A stretch of 64,000 nt of DNA, taken from assembly GCA_963662545.2 (NCBI GenBank), contig CAXXLL010000003.1:1760001-1824000 (forward strand), read 5' to 3'. The position numbers were made by a program, and so were the translations under genes. The notes under the pieces are model-generated. The model ran no database searches. It worked only from the letters and a program-made list of their open reading frames with translations, and was not told the DNA's origin. Position 1 is the first letter of the stretch. The number at the start of each line of letters is the position of its first letter. Below are positions 29,234 through 38,787 of the stretch, in pieces. This stretch comes from Gammaproteobacteria bacterium (GTDB lineage Bacteria > Pseudomonadota > Gammaproteobacteria > Ga0077536).

Positions 29234-30573
29234 CTGAGGAATCCCCATAAAACTCCAACGAAATACAAAGCGATAGATTGATTTGTGGGTTCGTGGAATC
29301 TGCATGGCTCGAGTTGATCTCAGTTGTTGCAAGACAATCTGTGAACGACGAGGTGAGCCATGCAGGTATTGAAATTGTTACATGAAATGAGCAGCGAAGC
29401 GCTATACGGTGTGCATTTGGGTCGTCGACTCTCGGTTTGGGCGGCGGTCGGCGGTTTACTTCGGGGCCGACGTTTGTGGCTGACGCATATCGGTCGGAGC
29501 ATAGACAGTGGCACGAGCGAGAAACACGCGATTAAGCGCGTCGATCGCTTGCTGGGTAATCGTCAGCTCGGTGGTGAGCGTTTGCAGTGGTATCAATGGA
29601 TAGCTCGGTTATTGGTATCGGACTGTGCGCATCCGGTGGTGTTGGTGGATTGGTCTAATCTGGATCAACGTCAAGAGCTCTATGTATTGCGGGCGGCCTT
29701 AGCGGTCGGTGGTCGAGCCATCCCCGTGTATGAAGAAGTCGAACACCATTACGCGAGTGTCAAAGCGGAGAAACGCTTTCTGAAGCGACTGAAGGCCATT
29801 CTGCCTGCGGGCTGTTGTCCGATCTTGGTCAGTGATGCAGGATTTCGGACGCCCTGGTTGAGTCTTGTGGCCTCAATGGGATGGTATTACGTGGGTCGCA
29901 TCCGTCATCGTCACCTCGTGCGAGGTATGGATGAGGCGGCATGGCATTCGAACAAAGTGCTCTACGGCCAAGCCAATGCTCGTCCGAAGTCACTGGGTCG
30001 TTTTTTGATCACGAAAAGTAATCCGCTGGACACCCATTTATTCGTTTACAAAGGTAAGAAACGCGGGCGTGTCTGCTATACGGCTTACGGCAAACCGGCG
30101 CGGGCTCGCAATACCGAGAAACCGTCGGCAGCGGCGCGTGAGCCGTGGTTATTGGCCAGCAATCTGCCGGACAACCTTCGTAGTGCGCATCGGGTAGTTG
30201 CCGTGTATCGTCGCCGCATGCAGATTGAAGAGAGCTTCCGCGACATGAAGTCGCCCCGTTACGGCTTTGCACTTAGAGAAAACATGGGACGTGATCCCGA
30301 GAGAGTGGCGAACTTACTCTTGCTGTGCGCATTGGCCACACTGGCCCAATGGTTGGTCGGCTTGGTCGGTTACCAAACAGGTTTAGTGAAAGGTTTACAG
30401 GCCAATACCGAAAGACGTAAGCCCGTCCTATCCGTGGTATTCGTTGGTGCTCGCCTCATTGCCAAGCAACTTCAAATCCAGCGCTCAACTTTATTACAGG
30501 CGCTCCGGGATCTACAGGCACGCGCCATTGTGCAACTTGAATTTTGCTAGTCGAATTTGTGGGGATCCCTCAA
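29234..30573 (+). mobile_element. IS4-family element, copy 2
   Basis: Near-identical to copy 1 but inverted; has its own GGTGTCAGG duplication. Confidence 0.93.
29360..30550 (+). CDS. IS4-family DDE transposase
   Basis: Protein identical to 26503-27693. Confidence 0.93.
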   Translation: MQVLKLLHEMSSEALYGVHLGRRLSVWAAVGGLLRGRRLWLTHIGRSIDSGTSEKHAIKRVDRLLGNRQLGGERLQWYQWIARLLVSDCAHPVVLVDWSNLDQRQELYVLRAALAVGGRAIPVYEEVEHHYASVKAEKRFLKRLKAILPAGCCPILVSDAGFRTPWLSLVASMGWYYVGRIRHRHLVRGMDEAAWHSNKVLYGQANARPKSLGRFLITKSNPLDTHLFVYKGKKRGRVCYTAYGKPARARNTEKPSAAAREPWLLASNLPDNLRSAHRVVAVYRRRMQIEESFRDMKSPRYGFALRENMGRDPERVANLLLLCALATLAQWLVGLVGYQTGLVKGLQANTERRKPVLSVVFVGARLIAKQLQIQRSTLLQALRDLQARAIVQLEFC

Positions 30574-30717
30574 GGTGTCAGGTTTATTTACTTGGAAGTT
30601 GGAAAAAATAAACCTGACACCTTTTCTTGACACCTAAAGGGTACTGACCCCTTATTCGGGCGTCGGCTTGTAGAGTTGTAGATAGTGAAGACTTGACCCC
30701 TTAAGACCCCTTAACAT

Positions 30718-32058
30718 TTAGGCGTTGCGGTCAACTTTTGAGAAGTATTCAACACTAGCAGACACCACCCGCGGTGCGAGCAAAACCGTCGCGATGAGAT
30801 TGGGAATGACCATCAGCGCAAACGCGGTGTCCACCATATTGACCGTGGTCGCGGGACTCCAGACCGCCGCCAAGGGGATCAATACGAGATAGAAATACAC
30901 AAAGTGGCCGCCGCGCTCGTGTCCGAAAAGATAACGCGCGCACTTTATGCTGTAGTAGGCGTAGGTAATCATCGTCGTTACCGCGAATAAGGTGAAGATG
31001 ACGCCGAGCACGGCGGCGCCGAAACCGGGCATGCTGCTTTCGAATGCCTGCGCGGTCATGACGACACCCGCCTCGTGGGGTGCCACGCCGCTCGTAAGGA
31101 TTACGAGAGCCGTCAGCGTGCAGACCACGTGCGTATCGATGAAGGGTCCGAGCATTGCCACCAGCCCTTCGCGAACGGGTTCATTCGTGCGCGCTGCGCC
31201 GTGCGCCATCGCCTCCGTCCCAACGCCGGCTTCATTAGAGAAGACCGCCCGTTTGACCCCGGTGACGAGGATCTCTTTGACGGTGAGGCCGGCTGCGCCG
31301 CCAAGGGCCGAGTCGGCGTCGAAAGCGCCCGCGACGATCGCGGTGAGCACGGCGGGAACCTGCGCTGCATTGTCGAGAATGACCACGACCGCCCCGAGTA
31401 GATAGCCGATGCACATAGCCGGCACCAGCAGGCCCGCGACGCGACCGACCCGGGCTGCGCCGCCGATCACGACCGTGCCGACGATGAGCATGGCGGCGAG
31501 CCCGGTCGCAAGCTGTGTGATCGACCATTGCTCGGCCAGCAGATTGGCGAGCTGATTCGATTGAAAGACGCCGAGGCACCCAACCATACCGCAGGCGGCG
31601 AATGCTACGGCAAGCGGCCGGTAGCGCCGGCCGAGCCCGACTTCGATGTAGTACATCGGGCCGCCCTGCATGACGCCCTGGGCATCGGGCTTGCGGTACA
31701 TACACGACAGGGTGCAGGTGAAAAACTTGGTCGCCATGCCGAGCGCGCCCGCGACCCACATCCAGAACACGGCACCGGAACCGCCTACGGTAATCGCGAT
31801 GGCGACACCGGCGATGTTGCCCATGCCGATGGTGCCTGACAGGGCCGCGCTCAGCGCCCGGAAATGACTGATCTCGCCGGGGTCGCGGGCCCGGTCGTAG
31901 CGCCCGGACAGGATGGCGAACGCATGACCCATGTGCCGTAAAGGCGCAAGGCGGCTGATCACTGTGAAATAAAGGCCGGCCGAGCCTAGCATCACGACCA
32001 GCGGCAGGCCCCACACGAGGCCGACCGCCTGGCTCCAGAACGCACTGAACGCTTCCAT
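30718..32058 (-). CDS. Alanine/glycine:cation symporter (AGCS)
   Basis: GTIGMGNIAGVA, GGPMYY, FSNEAGVG, FIDTHVVCTLT. Confidence 0.92.
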   Translation of the reverse strand: MEAFSAFWSQAVGLVWGLPLVVMLGSAGLYFTVISRLAPLRHMGHAFAILSGRYDRARDPGEISHFRALSAALSGTIGMGNIAGVAIAITVGGSGAVFWMWVAGALGMATKFFTCTLSCMYRKPDAQGVMQGGPMYYIEVGLGRRYRPLAVAFAACGMVGCLGVFQSNQLANLLAEQWSITQLATGLAAMLIVGTVVIGGAARVGRVAGLLVPAMCIGYLLGAVVVILDNAAQVPAVLTAIVAGAFDADSALGGAAGLTVKEILVTGVKRAVFSNEAGVGTEAMAHGAARTNEPVREGLVAMLGPFIDTHVVCTLTALVILTSGVAPHEAGVVMTAQAFESSMPGFGAAVLGVIFTLFAVTTMITYAYYSIKCARYLFGHERGGHFVYFYLVLIPLAAVWSPATTVNMVDTAFALMVIPNLIATVLLAPRVVSASVEYFSKVDRNA

Positions 32059-32201
32059 CGAGGCTCGCTGAAAAAGGGGACATTCTACTTTTAAGCGATC
32101 GTGGCCCAAGGGGAGCCGCACCGGACCGCGGATCCTCTTCCGGTCCGTGCCTTGGCACCAGAACGCTTGACGCCAGCGGTTTCAGAGTTGTACCGTATTA
32201 A

Positions 32202-32229
32202 ACAAAATTTCATGATATGAAACTTTTGT
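32202..32229. promoter_or_regulatory. Putative operator upstream of the methylamine operon
   Basis: ACAAAA-TTTCAT-GAT-ATGAAA-CTTTTGT dyad in an AT-rich divergent intergenic region. Confidence 0.6.
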
Positions 32230-32302
32230 CTGGCCGTATCCGCGTTCGGAAAAGCGAATTCGACGCATCGGCCCGCGACCCGGCGCGAGGAGGGTCAAAC
32301 AC

Positions 32303-33649
32303 ATGAGCTCCGAGATGAACAGCCCATACGTCATCATCGGTGCGGGCATCCACGGGCTTAGCACTGCCTACCACCTCGCCTTGTCACTCAAGGCCAGTGG
32401 TCGCGGCAGCGGCGAGGACATCCTCGTCATCGATAAGTCCGGCATCGCCGCCGGCGCCTCCGGTATTGCCTGCGGCGTCATCCGCAACAACTATTTCCAA
32501 CCCGCGATGCGCGAATTGATGGCGCATAGCGTCGCCGTTTGGGAAACCGATCCCGAAGGCTTCAGCTACCACCCGGTCGGGTACATGCAGATCGCTCCCG
32601 AAAGCATGCGCGACGACGTCGGCACGATCGCCGAGCAACAGCGAGAGATTGGCTACGAATCCATCTTCATCGAGGGCGCTGCCGAATCCGCGAAGTACAT
32701 GAAAGGTCTGTTCAACGATTGGCAGGCGCAGGGCATCACTTCGGTGCTTCACGAAAAGAAAGGCGGATACGCGAACAACAAGCCGAGCGTTTACAAGCTT
32801 GCATCGAAAGCCGAGAGCGAGGGCGTTCGCATCCAGACCGGTGTCACGGTCACGGGGTTCTCGACCGTTAACGGCAGCGGTGACGCGATCCGCGGGGTCG
32901 AGACCGATCGCGGTCCGATCGAGTGCGACTATGTGATCGTCGCGGTCGGACCCTGGATCAATCAGCTCTGGAAAATGCTCGACTTGCCCGCCGCGATCAC
33001 GATCAAGGGTGCCGACGGCAGCCTACGTGAAAACGTCGGCATGTGGATATTCTGGTCGCTGCAGGAAGGCACGCTCGGCGTCGATCCCAGTTACCAGCAA
33101 ACGAACGACGGCGCTATGGCGCCGGTGATCCACGTGGACAGCGATGCGCCGCTGCTGTCGGACGTCGACGGCTCGGTCATTACCGAACGGATGTGGGGTA
33201 TTTATTACAAGCCCGACATGAATTTCGGCGGCGTGCAGGGTGGTGCGGCGCCCGACAAGGTCGATACGCCGCCGGACGAAGTCAAGATCGACCCTTATGG
33301 TCCGGAATCGCCGGACTATGTGATGGGCGACGCGTTCGCGCACCGGTGGTGTTCGGCGCTGGCGCATTGTCAGAAGCGTTTCGAGGGCAAGATCTCGATT
33401 TACAAAGACGAACCGTCAGGGGGCATCGGCTGCTTCACGCCCGACAGCTTTCCGGTGTTCGACGTGTTTCACGACAACTGCTACGTCATCGCCGATTCCA
33501 ACCACGGCTACAAGATGATCGGTGTGGGCCAACTGGTCGCGCAGGAGATCCTGGGAGAGACCTCGCGCCTGTTGGAGCCGTTCAGATTCTCACGATACAT
33601 TGAAGGCCGTCTCCATCCGGTATCGCACAGCCCGTTTCCGTGGAGTTGA
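32303..33649 (+). CDS. FAD-dependent oxidoreductase (DAO/sarcosine-oxidase-like)
   Basis: IIGAGIHG, GASGIACG, FTPDSFPV, HGYKMIGVG. Confidence 0.85.
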   Translation: MSSEMNSPYVIIGAGIHGLSTAYHLALSLKASGRGSGEDILVIDKSGIAAGASGIACGVIRNNYFQPAMRELMAHSVAVWETDPEGFSYHPVGYMQIAPESMRDDVGTIAEQQREIGYESIFIEGAAESAKYMKGLFNDWQAQGITSVLHEKKGGYANNKPSVYKLASKAESEGVRIQTGVTVTGFSTVNGSGDAIRGVETDRGPIECDYVIVAVGPWINQLWKMLDLPAAITIKGADGSLRENVGMWIFWSLQEGTLGVDPSYQQTNDGAMAPVIHVDSDAPLLSDVDGSVITERMWGIYYKPDMNFGGVQGGAAPDKVDTPPDEVKIDPYGPESPDYVMGDAFAHRWCSALAHCQKRFEGKISIYKDEPSGGIGCFTPDSFPVFDVFHDNCYVIADSNHGYKMIGVGQLVAQEILGETSRLLEPFRFSRYIEGRLHPVSHSPFPWS

Positions 33650-33728
33650 AGCAGGTGCAAAACGGACGGATGGTATGAGACGCAACGAATAGCGACAACT
33701 CTGCAAAGAAAATACTGGAAAGCAGCGA

Positions 33729-35204
33729 ATGGCAACGGCAACCGATCTCGAAAAATATGTCCAAAAACCGGGCCGCAACGAACTGGTCGAGCAGGTCCGC
33801 GAGAAGATCGATGAACTTGGCATCCGCTATATCTATTACCAGTTCATTTCGGTCACGGGACGCATCGTCGGCAAGGGCATTCCAGCGGATCACTGGGAAC
33901 GCACCGCCGAGCGGGGATTCCAGCTCGTATACGGTTCGACCGCGAACCTGTACGTCGATCGGCATGGCGAGTACATCGGCTACGGACCGGAAGCGATGGA
34001 GCTCGTCGGCATCCCGGATCCCGAGACCTTCTGTCAGCTGCCGTGGGACAAGCGCGTTGCCCGTGTGTTCTGCGTATGTTTTCGCAACCGCGAGGAGCGC
34101 GAAAATGCGGGTGCACATTTGACGTCCGATTGCCGCGGCAACCTCAAACGATTCCACGCCGAGTTTAAGGCTAAATACGGCCTCGATTTCCGCGTAGGTA
34201 TGGAGCCGGAGATGATGTGGCTCAAGCGCGGCGAAGACGGCATGCCCGACGGTGGTTTTTCGAAGCCCAATTGCTATCACATCGACCAGTTCGAATCGCT
34301 GCGACCGGTCTTCATGCGGGTCATCGAATACTGTACCGCGATGGGGCTCGACATGATCCAGGGCGATCACGAAGACGCACCCGGGCAGCTCGAACTCAAC
34401 TGGATGTTCGACGATGTCGTGCGCAGCGCCGACCGCCTTTCGACCTACCGTCAGATCTGTGCCCAGGTTGCGCGCGAGAACAACCTCATCGCGTGTTTCA
34501 TGACCAAGCCGTTCATGGGCGTGTCGGCCTCCGGCTGTCACACCAACATTTCGTTATGGCGTGGTGGCGAGGAGCGGGTCAATACGTTGCATAACGACCC
34601 ATTGCCAGGCATGGAAGAGGTTTTCACCTATCTCGAAGGCGGCGAGAACACCTTTATGCCCGACACTGACGATCCGCAATTGCCCGGCAAGATCGGGCTG
34701 CAGACCGTGGGCGGCATCGTCAAGCACCTGGGCGCGCTGACTGCGATCGGTTGTTCGACGGTGAATTCCTACCGTCGCCTGTGGGATACGGGCTACTGGG
34801 CGCCGGTGTTCGCCGATTGGGGCTTCCAAAACCGCACGACCGGCTTGCGCATCTCGGCACCGGGCCGTTTCGAATACCGCGCAGTCGATTCGATGGTCAA
34901 CCCGTACCTCATTTGTAGCGCCCTGTTAAAGGTCTTCGAAGACGGAATCGACAACGACATCGATCCGGGCGAGCCTGAAAACCGCAACATCTATCAGGCG
35001 ATGGAGGCCGGAAAACAGGTGAAACGCCTGCCCATGTCGTTGGGAGACGCCTTGCAGCGGCTCGATGAAGACGAAGTTATCAAGGCGTCCATGCCGGACG
35101 AAATGTACAAGGTCTTCAAGTGGTACAAGAACGACGAGTGGGAGAAGTTCATGGCCACCGTGACCGAATGGGATCTCGAAACTTATATCGATTGTCTACC
35201 GTAA
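33729..35204 (+). CDS. Glutamine-synthetase-like gamma-glutamyl-amine ligase (divergent)
   Basis: GMEPE, DHEDAPGQLE, KPF..SGCH, NSYRRL, NRT..R, RFEYR. Confidence 0.85.
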   Translation: MATATDLEKYVQKPGRNELVEQVREKIDELGIRYIYYQFISVTGRIVGKGIPADHWERTAERGFQLVYGSTANLYVDRHGEYIGYGPEAMELVGIPDPETFCQLPWDKRVARVFCVCFRNREERENAGAHLTSDCRGNLKRFHAEFKAKYGLDFRVGMEPEMMWLKRGEDGMPDGGFSKPNCYHIDQFESLRPVFMRVIEYCTAMGLDMIQGDHEDAPGQLELNWMFDDVVRSADRLSTYRQICAQVARENNLIACFMTKPFMGVSASGCHTNISLWRGGEERVNTLHNDPLPGMEEVFTYLEGGENTFMPDTDDPQLPGKIGLQTVGGIVKHLGALTAIGCSTVNSYRRLWDTGYWAPVFADWGFQNRTTGLRISAPGRFEYRAVDSMVNPYLICSALLKVFEDGIDNDIDPGEPENRNIYQAMEAGKQVKRLPMSLGDALQRLDEDEVIKASMPDEMYKVFKWYKNDEWEKFMATVTEWDLETYIDCLP

Positions 35205-35217
35205 AGAGGGTTTGGAT

Positions 35218-36156
35218 ATGTGTGGAATCGCGGGCCTAATTCATCGCGGGAACGCAGACAACATCGGTCAGGAGATGACCGCGATGCTCCAGGCGATGAG
35301 ACATCGCGGGCCGGATTCGACCGGCTTTGCGCTCTACAGCGAGCCGCGCACCGAGAATAAGTTCGTGATGCGCTTCAAGGTCGCCGAGGCCGCCGAAGCG
35401 CAAAGCGGCTTTGCCATCGCCCAACAGATGGAGGCGCGTCAGACCGAGGTCGACAAGCGCCTCGAAGAACTGGGAGCGACGATTGACAAGCGGGATTCGA
35501 TCGATGAATACGCCTTTCGCTACGAGATCACCTTCGCGGGCGATCTGCGCCGCCTGACGAGCTACATCGAAGACATCGAGGCGGTGGAGATCCTGTCACT
35601 GGGCCACGCGCTCGAACTGATCAAGGACCTTGGCGAAGCCACGGCTGTCTCTGAGCAGTATTCACTGGGCGAGTTCACAGGCACCCACGCCATCGGACAC
35701 ACACGCATGGCGACCGAATCCGATGTCGACATCCGCTCGGCACATCCGTACTGGGGCTATCCACTTTCCGACATCGCGATCGTCCATAACGGACAGTTGA
35801 CCAATTACTGGACGAAGCGCCGTGATCTCGAACGCCGCGGAAACCGCTTCATTTCGGACTGCGACTCCGAACTCATCGGTGTGTATATCGCCAACGCCAT
35901 CGAAAACGGTGATGACCTCGAATCGGCCATGCGCCGTTCGATCGACGAGTTCGACGGTGTCTTCACCTACCTGATCGCGACCGGCGATCAACTCGGAATG
36001 GCGAAGGACACCATGGCGGCCAAGCCAATGGTGCTCTATGAAAGTGACGACTTCGTCGTCCTCGCATCGGAGGAAGTCGCAATCCGCAGTATTTTCCCCC
36101 ACGAGATCGATACTTTCGATCCCTACGAAGGTGAGGTTCGCGTATGGCAAACCTAG
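35218..36156 (+). CDS. mgsA: NMG synthase subunit A-like class II glutamine amidotransferase
   Basis: N-terminal MCGIAG, HRGPDS, GHTRMATES, HNGQL. Confidence 0.8.
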   Translation: MCGIAGLIHRGNADNIGQEMTAMLQAMRHRGPDSTGFALYSEPRTENKFVMRFKVAEAAEAQSGFAIAQQMEARQTEVDKRLEELGATIDKRDSIDEYAFRYEITFAGDLRRLTSYIEDIEAVEILSLGHALELIKDLGEATAVSEQYSLGEFTGTHAIGHTRMATESDVDIRSAHPYWGYPLSDIAIVHNGQLTNYWTKRRDLERRGNRFISDCDSELIGVYIANAIENGDDLESAMRRSIDEFDGVFTYLIATGDQLGMAKDTMAAKPMVLYESDDFVVLASEEVAIRSIFPHEIDTFDPYEGEVRVWQT

Positions 36157-36986
36157 AAGAACACGGATCGCGTGACATGGGAATCCACACCGAGCAACTC
36201 AAGGGCCGCACGCAGCAGAGGTTTTTCTCAGTACAGGAAGGCGAAAATCTGACGCAGCCCTTCACCTACGAGGTCGATTTTGGGAAAGAAGCGGAATTCG
36301 ACTCGAAGGACATGAGCACGCGTAAGATCAATCAAAAAATTCGCGAACTCATGAAGGCAGGTCACGGCACGATCCGCATTCTCAATCCGGGCGCCAAACA
36401 CAGCATCGCGGTCGGCCTATTGAACCGCTTGAATCTCCACCTCGAAGGGAGCTTGGGCTATTTCGGACTCGGACTGCTCGATGGCCCCAACGTGCACGTC
36501 GCGGGCCGCGTGGGATGGTCCTGCGCCGAGAACATGATGTCGGGGACCGTCTTGATCGAAAAGAACGCGGGCTCGACCTTCGGCGCGGCGATCCGCGGCG
36601 GCGATCTGGTGTGCAAAGGTAGCGTCGGTGCACGTACCGGCATCGATCAAAAAGGCGGCACCATCATCGTCGGCGGCGACACGGGTTCGTTCAGCGGATT
36701 CATGATGCAGCGCGGCCGCATGGTGGTCCTCGGCAACGCGGGACAGTACCTGGGCGACTCCATGTATGACGGCACGATTTATGTCGGCGGCAGCATCAAG
36801 AGCCTGGGCGTGGATGCGGTCGAAACGGAAATGAGCGATCTCGACATCGCCTGGCTGGATCGCAAACTCGGGTTATACGGTCTCGTTACACCCAATGGGA
36901 CCCGCCGGATGACGAAGATTGGCGCGGGCAAGAAGCTCTGGAATTACGACAATCTGGAACCCACCGAAAAGAAACTTGTACTGTAA
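36144..36986 (+). CDS. mgsB: NMG synthase subunit B-like (GltB domain 3, GXGXG)
   Basis: NPGAKHSIAVG, AENMMSG, LGDSMYDG and glycine repeats. Confidence 0.8.
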   Translation: MANLEEHGSRDMGIHTEQLKGRTQQRFFSVQEGENLTQPFTYEVDFGKEAEFDSKDMSTRKINQKIRELMKAGHGTIRILNPGAKHSIAVGLLNRLNLHLEGSLGYFGLGLLDGPNVHVAGRVGWSCAENMMSGTVLIEKNAGSTFGAAIRGGDLVCKGSVGARTGIDQKGGTIIVGGDTGSFSGFMMQRGRMVVLGNAGQYLGDSMYDGTIYVGGSIKSLGVDAVETEMSDLDIAWLDRKLGLYGLVTPNGTRRMTKIGAGKKLWNYDNLEPTEKKLVL

Positions 36987-37005
36987 GGAATTCGAGGAAC
37001 CGCCG

Positions 37006-38346
37006 ATGGTCAGGTCAGACGACGAAAAATACTTGTTGGGCACAAGCCCAATCTTCACGCCCGAGGTCATCAACGATATTCATGTGAAGTCGGAACTCGG
37101 CCGTTACCGTATGCGCGGCTTCTCGATGTTCAAGAAGGTCCCGGGCTGGGACGAGCTGACGTTTCTCCCGGGCACGCTGACGCGTTTCGTGATCGAGGGG
37201 TATCGCGAAAAGTGCGAAACGAAAACCGTCATCGGACCGCGCGCCGAACGCCCGCTGGTGCTCGACATTCCGATTTACATCACCGGAATGAGTTTCGGCG
37301 CCCTGTCCTACGAGGCGAAAACGGCGCTCGCCCGCGGCGCGACGATGGCAGGTACGGCCACCTGCTCGGGCGAGGGCGGCATGATGCCGGACGAACGGCG
37401 CTATTCGGATAAGTGGTTCTATCAATGCATCCAGTCGCGCTATGGCTTCAACCCGCAACACCTGCGGCTCGCGGACGCTGTCGAGTTCTTCATCGGACAA
37501 GGCTGTAAGGTTGGCCTGGGCGGCCACTTGATGGGGCAGAAAGTCACCGACCAGGTCGCCGAGATGCGATCCTTGCCCGCGGGGATCGATCAGCGCTCGC
37601 CCGCCCGGCATCCGGACTGGCTCGGACCCGATGATCTCACCCTGAAGATCGAAGAGGTCCGCGAGGCCACCAATTGGGAGATCCCGATACAACTCAAGCT
37701 CGGCGCCGCGCGCGTCTACGACGACGTGCGGATGGCGGCCAAGACCGGTCCCGATTCGATCTACATCGACGGTATGGAAGGCGGCACCGGTGCCGGTCCA
37801 CACCTTGCGGCCGAGGAGACCGGGGTGCCCGGGATCGCTGCGATCCGCCAGGCCCGGAAAGCACTGGACGATGTCGACAAGAGCGGTGACATCACCCTGG
37901 TCTACGCCGGCGGGATCCGCAACGGCGCTGACGTGGCCAAGGCGCTGGCGCTCGGCGCCGACGCTGTCGCCATCGGCCACTCGGCGTTGATGGCGCTCAA
38001 CTGCAACAAGGACATTCCGGAAGCAGATTACGAGAAAGAGATAGGCGTCAAGGCCGGGTCTTGCTACCACTGCCATACCGGCCGCTGCCCGGTCGGCGTC
38101 ACGACGCAAGATCCGGTTTTGCGTAAACGCCTGGATCCCGACGCCGCGGCCGAGCGCGTATTCAATTTCCTCCATTGCCTCACGATCGAGTGCCAGATGA
38201 TGGCGCGTGCCTGCGGCAAGACCAACGTGCATTCGCTGGAGCCCGAGGATCTCGCGGCGCTCACCATGGAGGCATCGGCGATGGCGCAAGTACCTCTGGC
38301 GGGATCTCAGTATACCGTCGGGCGGCCGGACATGACGCGGTATTAA
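37006..38346 (+). CDS. mgsC: NMG synthase subunit C-like FMN-binding glutamate synthase domain
   Basis: GMSFGALS, GEGGM, RHPDW.GPDDL, CYHCHTGRCPVG. Confidence 0.83.
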   Translation: MVRSDDEKYLLGTSPIFTPEVINDIHVKSELGRYRMRGFSMFKKVPGWDELTFLPGTLTRFVIEGYREKCETKTVIGPRAERPLVLDIPIYITGMSFGALSYEAKTALARGATMAGTATCSGEGGMMPDERRYSDKWFYQCIQSRYGFNPQHLRLADAVEFFIGQGCKVGLGGHLMGQKVTDQVAEMRSLPAGIDQRSPARHPDWLGPDDLTLKIEEVREATNWEIPIQLKLGAARVYDDVRMAAKTGPDSIYIDGMEGGTGAGPHLAAEETGVPGIAAIRQARKALDDVDKSGDITLVYAGGIRNGADVAKALALGADAVAIGHSALMALNCNKDIPEADYEKEIGVKAGSCYHCHTGRCPVGVTTQDPVLRKRLDPDAAAERVFNFLHCLTIECQMMARACGKTNVHSLEPEDLAALTMEASAMAQVPLAGSQYTVGRPDMTRY

Positions 38347-38362
38347 ACGGGAGAATGAAATC

Positions 38363-38755
38363 ATGACGGGCAACAAAGACATCGATCATTACCTCAAGTC
38401 CGATGGCGTCGACAGCGATCGCGAGAAGATGATCGGCCAGACCATCGGCTACCGCTACGACGTCAATCTGCTGCCGGATTACGATCGCGTGAGCCCGTTT
38501 CTCATATCCTATATCGAGACCATGGGCTGGCAGGATCTCAACTGGCTCGAAGACGTGCACATGGGCTACGAAGAAAGCCGCGCCGCCGTTTTTGATCGGA
38601 ACATCAACGGTTGGGTCACCGTGCCCGAGGACATGGAACTACCGGACAACCAGCAGGACCGCGACATGATCGCGCGCGAACTCCTGGTCAAATTTCAGAT
38701 GTCGCCCGAGCACCCGCTGGTCGATCTCCGTAAGGCCTATCAGAAATTCGAGTGA
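38363..38755 (+). CDS. Hypothetical 130-aa acidic protein
   Basis: RBS GGAG, operon position, codon usage like its neighbours. Confidence 0.8.
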   Translation: MTGNKDIDHYLKSDGVDSDREKMIGQTIGYRYDVNLLPDYDRVSPFLISYIETMGWQDLNWLEDVHMGYEESRAAVFDRNINGWVTVPEDMELPDNQQDRDMIARELLVKFQMSPEHPLVDLRKAYQKFE

Positions 38756-38787
38756 TCGACGCTCGATCAAACGAAGTAGCGTGAAGC

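Larger units (their letters stand above)
29052..30710. repeat. Outer inverted-repeat element enclosing an inner palindrome and IS4 copy 2
   Basis: GGGGTC-N4-GGGGTCAAGTCTTCACT (29052-29078) and its inverse AGTGAAGACTTGACCCC-N4-GACCCC (30684-30710). Confidence 0.75.

Noticed and set aside
26480-30573. Composite transposon carrying HiPIP as the origin of this segment
   Set aside because: Each IS4 has its own target duplication on both sides within a separate palindrome, which indicates two independent insertions
26460-30710. CRISPR array suggested by recurring short palindromes
   Set aside because: Repeats are inverted, nested and irregularly spaced, with no uniform spacers and no cas genes
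37015-38382. 455-aa minus-strand ORF
   Set aside because: Antisense shadow of mgsC
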